A program made the position numbers and the translations under genes. The notes under the pieces are model-generated. The model was not told the DNA's origin. It did not search any database and saw only the letters and a list, made by a program, of their open reading frames with translations. A stretch of DNA of 64,000 nucleotides from Cirrosporium novae-zelandiae (lineage: Eukaryota). The stretch covers positions 682,001-746,000 of the forward strand of contig JAPETS010000001.1 of the NCBI GenBank assembly GCA_026023565.1, given 5' to 3'. Shown here one piece after another: positions 50,935 to 61,953 of this stretch. The stretch's first letter is position 1, and every line of letters begins with the position of its first letter.

Positions 50935-53820
50935 TTTGGCGGTTGAAGGTTAAGATGCGCTCTCGGTGTGTTAAGAAGTATCCTCCGAAGAGGCCTCACG
51001 CAAGAAATGCTGAGGTTTATGTTGAAAAGAATAAAGCTTGGTATAGAAGATTCACTATTCTCACGGCGAAGGGAGGGTTGGTTTCAAGATCAGATACTTG
51101 AATGATGAATGTGAAATGGAAGATGCGGCAACGGCAGTGTTGGGAGTGATCTGAATACTGAGTAGGCTGGTGTAGCTTTATCGCGCTTTGGCGCTAAAAA
51201 TGTAAAACCTTAGGCATCATTCCTTCTGTATTATTGTATTATTATTACTTTTATCCACCCTTGAGGAAAACCTGAGTAATTACGTACTCATTCCTACTCT
51301 CACCTGGGTATAATCCAAAAGAAAAAACAAACAAACAAATAATCACGGTTTCTATTCTTTGATTTTACATAAATTGAAATTTCACGTGATCAGCAGATTT
51401 GACAGGAGGCTTCCTGCAGCTTCCTGCAGCTTCCTTCTTTCATTGGTATCAGGTGAACACTAAACATGCCCTGACAAGACGAACTGATCAAAATATCTGT
51501 GATTTTCGATTCTTCTTCCCTGTTTTGATTCTCTGCAAGCAAGCGAGCGGTTTGAAGATCTTTCATTTACTTTAATATGTTTAAGCATTGGAATGCTTTA
51601 GCATGCAGGATATTCAAGATTGCAGCTTTCGTCAACAGTACATGTTAATAAAAAAAAGGTACGGAATACAGAGATATTAATACATTTTTCTCATTCACAA
51701 ATGATGTGAGCCCGACGCCTATATAAGATACATTTTCAATATCATGAGCTTTGAACTACTCTTATACCACTTCAAAAATGACCTCATCACCACTTTATAG
51801 ACTTTTGGCCCCCTCCCCCCAAAATCTTGAAGTTTAGGAGGGCTTATCTCTGAGAGAGGTGGTATGTTTCTCTGGTTCTGGTAGTCTTCGGGAACACTTG
51901 AGTTAGAAGCTATCTCTAGTTCTGGCCTTGAGGGCGACTGCTCATCGCATGATATTGAGAGAGAAAGCAACATTGGTAGTATCTTAGTGTAAGCAACCCA
52001 TTACGTGATTGCCAAATGCAACTTTCCACCTTGCCCTGAGATGGACGTCGGTAGGCATTCTATGAGTTGAGCTATCATCTAACTATGGATCCACAATGGA
52101 CCGTCGATGGGAAGTTGCTGGTCAAAACCTACTTAGTAAAACTTCTTAGCACGTTGTTTGAACAAAATGCAGGTGATGGATATACAATACCTTCATCATG
52201 GTCGGTCTTTATACATAAAGTTCTATTTACTGGTTTCCAATGATACATTATTAATTTATTATAAGTACGACAACCTGGAATCACCCTCATTCTTGATTAT
52301 TGTCCGAAAGTTTGAATCTATCCTAGAGAATCGCTTTTCCGCCCACCCAGGGCCGATGATGACCTGCAGTAGGGATCATAATCTCCACAATTTACCAAAC
52401 CACTCGATTCCCTGTCAAGCTGTCCTTCATCGTGATTTCTTTCTATTTTCAGTCAGTGTCCGGCTATGTCAATCTGTCAATCTAGCTAATTGCCGTTGGA
52501 GCTATGTGATGCTAAGCGAGAATACGATGAACTCTTACCATTAGGCAGGCGGTTTTCTTGCTTTTGTTTTTTTCGTAAATTGTAAAGCAAAACAGTAACT
52601 AAGAAGCTGGACATGGAAACTTTGTAAATGAAACGAACGAATAAAACTAATGAAACGAATAATCGTTGACTTGGCTGGTTGTGCACAGGTGGTAGGGTGA
52701 GCTAATACATAGATGATATTAGTTCTATGTATTATTCATATATACCATACCTTATAACCTTTTTACCATTCTTTTTGAGACCGATGTCCTACAAGAACAA
52801 ATGAAGTTTGTGGGAGAGCCTCGAGGTAGCTAACCATCTTCAAACCTCTGGGGAGGGGTGGGAGGGGGGGCTCCCCTTCACGTTGTGCTGTTCTGTGTCT
52901 TGTCATACCGGACGCATAAATTTTTATTAATAGTTACGGGAGACTTAGGAAATGTCTCTCCAAAAAAAATCCTTTTGAAGCTTGTTATTAACTTATGTAC
53001 ATTGAAGTTGAGGCTTCAGCTATTGCGTTATCCAAGAAGTGAAGAAGTGTTGAGGTGGAACTATTCCAAAAGAAGTAAGAAGTCATTAAGATGGGGATTA
53101 AAGTTTAGACTTTTGGAATCCCCGGAGATTGGACGTTGAAGTCTGTTTTTGGATTCGTTTGGATTCTGTTTGGAGGATCCAGTAACAAGTGAATGGAATA
53201 AATGGAATAAATGTATTCAATGTATTAAATCCCCAGTGAATTATTTCATTTGGTCAATTTGATTGGCTAATTTTTAATAGTCAATTGATGGTCGATACAT
53301 CAAATAAGTACAGTACATGGGGTATCCCCTCCCCCCTCTCCCTTTAGTTAATTGATTCCCATCAAATTATTCAAACTTCAAAGCCTCAATGGTCCTGTCA
53401 GACAGGCTGTCAATGCCATCTATCCCCTCGACTTTCAGGGATCTCCCCTAGTGGTAGATCCCTTTGATTATCATTTCAAGCATCTTCAAGCATCTCAAAG
53501 GCCCTCCCATGAAGGCCTAGTCGGCTACTTGCACCAATGTCTCCAATATCCTCAATGCCTTCAATGCCTCCCCCCCCCCCCCAATGTTCTTCGCCATGGG
53601 CAGCCAGCCGGCTCCTCCAAATAGCCTTCCTGCTAATGCTGTCCAAGCATCCAAGCATCCAAGCATCTGAGGCTTACCTTAAAGTGCCTGGCTACTGTTA
53701 GGCCAGAGTTACAAAAGAAACAATTTACTGCACCACATTACAGGGTAAACCGTGGTTATATCCAACATAATAATGTAGACCCATGTCCCTCATCTTCCTG
53801 GTCCTTCTTGTCCTTCCACT

Positions 53821-53865
53821 ATCCTTGCTATCCTTGCTATCCTTGCTATCCTTGCCACCCTTGCT
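53821..53865. repeat. Tandem 9-mer (ATCCTTGCT)x~5; (TCCAAGCA)x3 at 53642-53667
   Basis: Tandem repeats visible directly. Confidence 0.85.
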
Positions 53866-54654
53866 TTTTTTTCTTCCCAAACTTCTCTTCATCCACCCGT
53901 TGAACTTGTTTCTTATGTCCAACTTTCAATTCTATTCCCTTCGATTCTTCCCATAAGTTCCGGTCCTCTTAACCTTGAAATCAGCGCTGGTAATCGCTGA
54001 AAATTGATTTCGTTTTTTTATCGTCCGACTCTTCTTCTTTCTCTTCCAAATATCGTCCTGGTGTTACAGATCATTCGTGCAGCTGAGCCAAGGTATCTGT
54101 CGTGTCACTTTCTCATTCGAATTGAATCCAAAACCCTCAGTCGTTTCTCAGTCGGCCTTCCCGGAATCGTATCGACCTCGATAGAGAAATAAAGATTCGA
54201 TATTTCATCCATTCAATTGTCCCAGCGCGTCCAAGACTTGCAACAATCGCGTGTACAGTTCTGCCATATCAACCCCGCCCTGCCACCTTCCATTATCTCA
54301 CCAGACACTCGCTTGATACCTGATACACAACATTCGCCAAACTCAGCTGCCCATTCGGCCTAGATCTTGACCTCTTGACCTTATGGGCCTCATTTGAAGA
54401 AACTCAACGCAACCACTTCCGACGCAGGGCGCCAAAGAATTTCATTTGTTTCGCCCTCAATCCATTCCATTATCTTCAATATTTCTGTCTCTTACTCCGT
54501 CACTCAATTGACACTCGTCCAACGTCGCTATAGACGTGATTCAACTTATCAAAAAGAATACCATATCTACATATCTTCGTCATCAACATCTTGCAATCAA
54601 TGCCGATATCGATTAAAAGACTGGAATAACTTTACATGTCTAAACGTGGTCGCC

Positions 54655-55995
54655 ATGGCTCTACCCAAAGTGATCGGCTTTTATAGTAGCATTGTGGCAC
54701 TGGCTCTCGCCATTCCTTCTATAGTCTTCTTGATGGCCCTTGCTACAAATCTTCTCCCTCACCATAACATTACAGTTCTTACCTTCTTCGCCGGATCGCT
54801 AGAATTTTTATCTATTCTTCCTCAAGCAATACTATCTTACTATCATTTACAGTGTGACGATGTCACTCAGCAAAATCAGAGGAGTCAAGTTCGTTGGAAA
54901 TTCTACTTTTTGGGATTAATTCTAGAGTCATTATATTTGATCCTTTCCGCTGCAGCACTTGCATGGATGGCAACCAACGTTGAGAAAATGCAGCCGCACA
55001 CACTGGGTATATCAACCCAGTCAGTTGTCCGAACCGAATTCATCTTATGGGCATTGTCAATGCTCATGCAGACAATCTTCTACGTTTGGCTCGGCACCCT
55101 CCGAACTCAGTCTCCTGTCCAGGATCAGAACTCCTCGTCTGTACGACAGAGACGGTTACCTTCAATGCGAGATCTGGTAAAAACCAGCTCCTCGAAAGGT
55201 CTAAGGTCAATGTCTTCACGGGAACATGTTTTGAAATCACCACCTCACTCGCCGGCCCTCTCCGATGTTTTTAGCTCTCTTAGATCATCTTTCTCTAATG
55301 TCGGGCGGCCCAGCTCTTCTCGTTCTAAATACCCGCGTCTAAGTGATGGTCATGGTCGTCATTCGATGGATCATTCCTCGGATAATTACACACGAGAAAT
55401 GATGATCAAAGAAGACGGGTTTGACACATGGGACTCATCAAGCGTTGGACCATACATGCGAGGTCAGATACGCGAGTATGCTTCTGCTCTGGATCCTATC
55501 CCCGGAAGTCGTCCAGAAACCCCATTAAATGCTATGGGTGGCCCTTTCGTTACCTACAGTGATAGTCGTCCTTCCTCTGCGCACGGTTCCAGAAATGCCT
55601 TCTCACGGCCCCAGAGTCGTGCAAGATCAACCACGAACAACGAAGAAGATGTACACCCCATTTTCCGTTCAGATAGTCCCCTTCCGCCTCCTACACCCAC
55701 ACCAGGAACTGTCATTACCGCATCTCCGACAGCAGGCCAAACGATTGACCGACGTGCATTAAATCGCATGCGCTCCAGTAGTTTTCCGACACATCCCAGT
55801 CCTCTAGTTCACTCTACTAGGAGTACAGACTCACTGGGGCGAGTGCAGGAGCTGCCCGCGCCTCCTGCTAGGGCTATTACTCCACCTATTCCTGATTTTA
55901 TTCTTGCTGCTGGGTCAAGAAGCAGCCTAGTTGGTTATGGCAAACGAAAAGAAGTGTCGTTGAGAAGGCCTTCAGAAAGCGAAGAGGCTAAGTAG
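54655..55995 (+). CDS. Uncharacterised 4-TM membrane protein with long S/P/R-rich cytoplasmic tail
   Basis: ATG in GCCATGG context, four hydrophobic segments, then a low-complexity tail containing EDGFDTWDSSSV and VHPIFRSDSPLPPPTPTPGT blocks. Confidence 0.8.
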   Translation: MALPKVIGFYSSIVALALAIPSIVFLMALATNLLPHHNITVLTFFAGSLEFLSILPQAILSYYHLQCDDVTQQNQRSQVRWKFYFLGLILESLYLILSAAALAWMATNVEKMQPHTLGISTQSVVRTEFILWALSMLMQTIFYVWLGTLRTQSPVQDQNSSSVRQRRLPSMRDLVKTSSSKGLRSMSSREHVLKSPPHSPALSDVFSSLRSSFSNVGRPSSSRSKYPRLSDGHGRHSMDHSSDNYTREMMIKEDGFDTWDSSSVGPYMRGQIREYASALDPIPGSRPETPLNAMGGPFVTYSDSRPSSAHGSRNAFSRPQSRARSTTNNEEDVHPIFRSDSPLPPPTPTPGTVITASPTAGQTIDRRALNRMRSSSFPTHPSPLVHSTRSTDSLGRVQELPAPPARAITPPIPDFILAAGSRSSLVGYGKRKEVSLRRPSESEEAK

Positions 55996-57236
55996 CGGGC
56001 TGGTACCAATAATATTCGAAAAGGGCCTACGGAGGTTTGTCGGCGCCGTTTTCCGGTTGATCCAGGAAAAGTGAGTGTGGACAAAATCCGAGATTCTTGT
56101 TACGGTACATGATTATTACGAAAATTTCAGCGTTGGCGTCTTAGGGGGGTGGGGGGTTATTTGGGAAGGACAAAACAACTGGGGGTGGATAACTATGTAG
56201 GGAATGTTAATATTCCAGAGAGACTTTTGATATTGAAGTCGATATTAAATAAAGTTTAAAAATTAAAGATTGAATTTTGATATATTTACTAGGCGTGGCA
56301 GGTTTTGCAATAGCCAATTAGTCAGTTGAAGGGGGCAAAGAAGAGAAAAACAAAAGAGAAGAAAAGAAAAAACCAAAATTTGGAACATAGCTGGCACAAA
56401 GTACCTAGGTACCTAGTTTATTATGAAGAGGCGACCAATGATAGCGGAGGGATTCCTAGATTCGCTAAATCTTGAAAGACGGATGATCCCAAAGACAAAA
56501 GTCTCTACTCTACCTCTCACATAGACATAGATTGCTAAACAGATCTAAACTATACTTTCTACATATCTAAATCGCTTGCTCTCTATTGTCTAATTATCAT
56601 CATCTAATTTGATTTATATTTTTCCCAATCACTTTTTCTCCATCCCTTTGCTCTTCAACGGCTGTGACTTCTCCGCTTCTTCTCAAGTTGAAAAGTTACC
56701 ATTCGCCGTCAACCATCATCATTCGCAACTGACGCAAAAGAAGAACAAGTAGAAGAAAAACTTGTTACGGTTGAGCGGTATCATGTGGGTAATAATTCCA
56801 GCATTCCCTTCTCTTGTTTATCAATTTTATTATATGCGCTGCAGCTTCCTATGTGACATCGGTTCAATTCCATCATCCTTTTCTTTGTGTGTTGTCCGGT
56901 AATGTATTTTTTTTTCCAACTCGGAAATCTTGCGTTATCCCTTGAAAGGACCAGAGTATCACAATTCACAGTCAATGCCCGAGTTAGGACCTTATTTTTT
57001 GTCTCCTCCTACATAGATGATCTGTTTATTTGTAAAAAAATGCAGAGGATTATTTTATTGGATAGGACAGTTTTGTTTTTAAGCCGCTCAATTCCTCAAC
57101 TCTGCAAAAACTGTTCTTCTTCGCTTCTGCCGCTAGCCCCTGATTGGCCAGTCAGAGTCTTGGATGTGATGGTCCGCTCATACTTAGCAGTTGATCTTTT
57201 ATTTTTCCAACAAAACCTGATGCTGTATCCTATGCA

Positions 57237-59284
57237 ATGATGAAACGTAAATTCAATACAATTGTTGATGGATCAATGTCCGAAGATGGTAAGCAATTTC
57301 TTCTCGCTCTTATTCTCTTCTTCTCTTACTCGGATTTGTTTTCAGTCGCTAACGAATAATATTATCTAGAATTAGTTAGACGAACCAAGCTACCATCCAA
57401 TGAGAGAGCTTCATCGGAACCCCTGCAAGAAACCATTAAGAGGTCCCCTTGGTGCAATTCCAACCACCCAGCCATAAAGCCTACCATTGATATTATCCAA
57501 TCCATTGAATCTCCATCCCCCCAAGAAGCCCCCCACGATATTCTTCCCCAGGAACAGATCCAACCCGGTACCAGGGAGACAACTCTAGCTCCAAGAAGGG
57601 GTCGAGGTCGGCCGAGAAAATCTAAAAATGTTTTACTACCTCAACCCCGGTCAGCAGCCGTATCTACTCGAAATAGGAAGTATTCTCCCAGAGAACGAGC
57701 ACTATTACTCCGACGCACGCAGCTGCAGAAGGCGTATCATCAAGTTTCCACTGCATTGAAACCTGCTCTTGAAGAACTTGCAGTTCGAAACTCCGAGGCT
57801 CTCGAGAAGGAAGATGATCCCCTAGCTTACCAAAGGACCCTAGAATATCGCCAAGTGAAGAATGACTTGGACCAAAAGTTGGATGATGCGCAGTCCCTCA
57901 TCATGAAAAAACGCCAATTCAGAGCCAATGAACTCGGCAATAGGCTAGATTACGAAAAATATGTCATCGACCAAGCATTCAATGTAAGCATGGCTCCTTT
58001 AACGCTTCTATTTGTTCCATTGATTCGATCGTCATTTGCTGACCTTGCCCTAGCGGAAAATTGAGCTTCTCGAGGAAACATACGTCTCCTTAGCCTTACT
58101 AGATAATTTACAGACTATCACAGATGCGGAAGCGGCAGAAGATACAGACCAAACAGATGATGAGGTATAGGCTTTTCCAACACGCTTGATCAAACGAAAG
58201 AAACTAACCCTCATAGGACTCATTGGCTAAGCAGCAGAAAGGTGGATCGCAGGGGACCCTTCTTTTGGGCGCTTCCCTCGAGGAGTTGGAGTATCGCATT
58301 TTGAACCAAGCCTCGGGTGAACGCTGGCTTCAACATATCGAGGAGGCATGTGAAGATTTCAAAGTTCACCAGAGCGCTCCAAAGATAATTAATTCCAAGA
58401 AAGGATGCCAGTCCTCTTTCAAGTCCATAGACCAGGACAAGAAGGTGGCAGAAGAGGCCAAGCTGGTGATGAACACTCTTGCTTTAGCGGCTCAGACGGT
58501 GGAGATGGAAAAATCCCTATGCAGTCCTCTCCGAATGTTGGCTGACGAAGCGGCAAAGAAGACTCGGGCGGCCTTCAAAAGGGCACCTATGGAGATTAAG
58601 CAATTTTTGGTGGATCAGCCGAAGGAAATTGAGCACTCAAAGGAGTTAAATCAAGCAACTCGGTATCGCCGGGATAAAGAAGGCGGCACGATGACGCTGC
58701 AGTTCGACCAGAAGGAAATAAAAAAACCAATATTGATGCCAGCCATACAGCTATCACCACAACCGCACTTACAGCCACAACCTCCTCCTCCACCACCGCC
58801 ACCTCCACTATCTATAAGATCATTCTCTCGTTCACTAAAACCTGCACCTATGCGCAACGGAGATTTCTACCCTAAAATTCTCCCGCCAGCTAGTTCTCAG
58901 TCTCATACTCCAGTTATGATACCAGTAATCCCCCGCCCACCACCTTTCTCGAACCCTCTACCGAGGTCTCTATACCAGGATCAATATCGGCAGCCACCAA
59001 TTGTGCATCAAGGTTCATCTCAAAATATCCCACAGAATATATCTACAGGTCTTCCTCAACTACTTCCTCGCCCTTCTCGCCAGCAACCATTCCAACCGGC
59101 CCCATACACGCATTATTTCCAATCTCCGCCACCGCCTCCACAACCAATTATGCTTCCTAACGGAACACGGCAACAATATCGGCAACTTGCACCCCATCCT
59201 CATGTTGCACCGAGTCCAATCGCAGGAAGTCAAGGCTACCAAGCCTATCAGGGATATCCTTACGGTTCAGGGTCAAGACAATGA
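57237..59284 (+). CDS. Uncharacterised AT-hook, coiled-coil, P/Q-rich protein (probably nuclear)
   Basis: Exons 57237-57288, 57370-57983, 58054-58164 and 58217-59284 splice in frame. N-terminal KRK, AT-hook RRGRGRPRK at about 57594-57620, helical middle, P/Q-rich C-terminus. Confidence 0.75.
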
Positions 59285-59744
59285 AAGTATACGGAAAGGA
59301 ATAAATTTACAACATGCTGTACAAAAAAAACGATCTATTAATTTCCTTCTTGTTTATACGGAGCATATTAATCATTTCTGTACTATCGGCGGGTCTGTTA
59401 ATGACAGTGATGTTTTAACGATGGTTAAAGAATTGAGACAGCAAGGAGTGTTGGATGTCTTTTAGGATTTCCATGGAAGCGGTGGCATACGAACTGGCAT
59501 GTAAATATTTACAAGAATAATCAAATATTGGGTTCTTTATAAACATTACCTGCAAAATAGACAATGGGATTTGGATTGGTAAAGACATGCAACCTATCAC
59601 TCTTGTGAATATGACTAGAAAATCCATATGACGGATCATATAGAGGCAAAAGGATGAGTCTTGGAAAAACTATTATGCTTTAGCTACTACGTAGTAGAAT
59701 GTTGGTTGGTTTATGAGTCAATGTCTGTCATAGGCTAAGGGTGA

Positions 59745-60000
59745 CAAGTGGTTGCCAGAAGAAGGCGGACTCACAAATTTGATTCCCCAGAAATCTGACT
59801 TCACAATTTTTCAGAATAATTATAACAACGATATATGGTACTTTAATAGTAGCCTATCAATCTACCATCGTTAATTATAATTATTTATTATTGTGTTGTG
59901 GTTAAATTCTTATATGTATTAATTACATTATTCTGTGAGGGCACTACCTTAAGGTAGTGAAGAACAAGTTGTGAGTCCGCCTTTTTCTGGCAACCACTTG
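59745..60000. mobile_element. MITE-like non-autonomous DNA transposon, 256 bp, 32-bp TIRs, 5-bp TSD GGTGA
   Basis: Left CAAGTGGTTGCCAGAAGAAGGCGGACTCACAA (59745-59776) and right TTGTGAGTCCGCCTTTTTCTGGCAACCACTTG (59969-60000) are 31/32 reverse-complementary. GGTGA directly flanks both ends. The interior is AT-rich and non-coding. Confidence 0.85.
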
Positions 60001-60391
60001 GGTGATACAGACAATAAAATGAATCATAATGAGTCAAGATTCGAGACAAGGCTGAAGGCAATTAATTACAGATTGAATGATAGAACACCCGACCACCCGA
60101 CACCCGATGCCCGACGCTTAAGGCCCAATGCCTGCCTTCAGCTTTGCGGGTGGCTAATGTTCTAATGTTGTGAGAAGGAAAAAAAAAGACATTACATAAA
60201 TTACAGCTGCCCTCTACAACTAAGATTATTATATTATATTCACAGGTAGCTTGTTACTTGTCTCCTACTCCTACTCTCAATATCTAGACTATTGCCTTCC
60301 CGTGTAATTTCCACTTCTATTTTTCAACCTTTCAGTCTTTTTACCTTTTCTCACCATCATCCACCCCACCTCTCAAGAAAACCCCACAATC

Positions 60392-61441
60392 ATGGCTGTG
60401 CGCGCCCAATTTGAGAATTCCAATGAGTAAATAATCTCTCCATTCTCCCTACTACAAATTGTGATTAAGAACATGTTCTGGATATGTGCAAAAAGGAATA
60501 TAAGAAACAGCCAAGTTTGAATGGCTAACCATAGTCCTTGCCGTGCTCTAGAGTTGGTGTCTTCTCCACCCTCACTAATTCCTACGCCATTGTGGCCATA
60601 GGTGCTTCGGAGAACTTTTACAGGTAAGCCATCACCTCCTCTTATATTTTCCCGAATGAGACATTAACAATCCCTTCACGCATAGTGTCTTTGAAGCCGA
60701 ACTTCAAGATGTCATTCCCATCTGCCATGCCACTATTGCTGGAACCCGAATCGTCGGTCGATTAACTGCTGGGTTCTACTTCCTTTAACGTGCTAGAAAC
60801 ACGGAATTTCTGATAGATGCTTGGTGTATAGCAACCGTAAAGGTCTCCTCGTTCCCACATCCACCACCGACCAAGAACTCCAACATCTCCGAAACTCCAT
60901 TCCTGACGCTGTGAAAATTCAACGGATAGAGGAAAGGTTATCAGCACTTGGAAATGTGATATGTTGTAATGATCATGTTGCGCTCGTCCATCCAGATATA
61001 GAACGTGAGACAGAGGAAATGTATGATCTCATAGCCAGACCCATTACCTTTTATTAATACTAATTTAACTTTTTGGATTATAGAATAGCGGATATCCTAG
61101 GTGTTGAAGTATTTCGCCAAACAATAGCATCCAACGTACTCGTTGGTTCCTATATGTCTCTATCCAACGCCGGCGGCCTAGTTCACCCCAAAACCTCGAT
61201 TCAAGATCAAGACGAACTCTCTTCCCTTCTCCAAGTCCCTCTCGTTGCCGGAAGTGTTAACCGAGGAAGCTCAGTTGTTGGAGCCGGTATGGTTGTTAAT
61301 GATTGGATGGCAGTAACAGGTCTTGATACCACCGCAACGGAATTGAGCGTTATCGAGAGCGTCTTTAGGCTAGGAGAAGGTAATATGCCCGGTAATATTA
61401 ACACTACGAACAAAAATAGCATGGTAGAGAGTTTCTATTAA
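60392..61441 (+). CDS. TIF6: Translation initiation / 60S biogenesis factor eIF6
   Basis: [47 protein letters not shown] and [15 protein letters not shown] motifs. Four introns. Confidence 0.97.
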
Positions 61442-61953
61442 ATTGCCAGCACTTCAATTTCTAGATGGAGGAATGGGCAATATGAAATTCAAAGATGCTG
61501 CATGTTCTGTGAGCCGTTCTTATGGAGGCTTGAATGATATGATACCTTGATAGGACTTATATCCATCGTAAATGATGCAGAAATTCCAATGCAAATTAGA
61601 AGTAATTCCTCTGGCCATGTATATCTTAATCATTGGTAAAAAAAACCATCAAACATGAGAAATTGGTGAACGACAAAGAAAATTGAAACAAGTAAAATAT
61701 TTCTAAGGATACCCCCCGGCTTCTTGGCATCATCTCAGTTTCCTTCAAAACAATTGCAGTGACATTATTCCGCTCTTTATATCCCGAGCATACTTCTGGT
61801 GAATCCCGACCCTCTATTTACTTCATGTAACGTTTGCTTCCTTTGGCTTGTATATCTTAGGACCTCTAACCCGCTTCACCGTTTTTTCCTGCTATTTAAC
61901 TTGATGTATCTCAGTTTCTCTACAATTAATCCCCCTCACTTTCAAATGCCAAA

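Noticed and set aside
51719..52544. Short ORFs between RAD23 and the 4-TM gene
   Set aside because: No family signal or consistent splicing pattern; cannot be supported as genes.
54394..54654. TTG-initiated N-terminal extension of the 4-TM protein in the ORF track
   Set aside because: The downstream ATG has a strong GCCATGG context directly before the first TM, and the extension does not look protein-like. Not formally excluded.
60427..60551. Intronic C/D snoRNA in TIF6 intron 1
   Set aside because: Only a weak box C (GTGATTA), with no CTGA box D or terminal stem.
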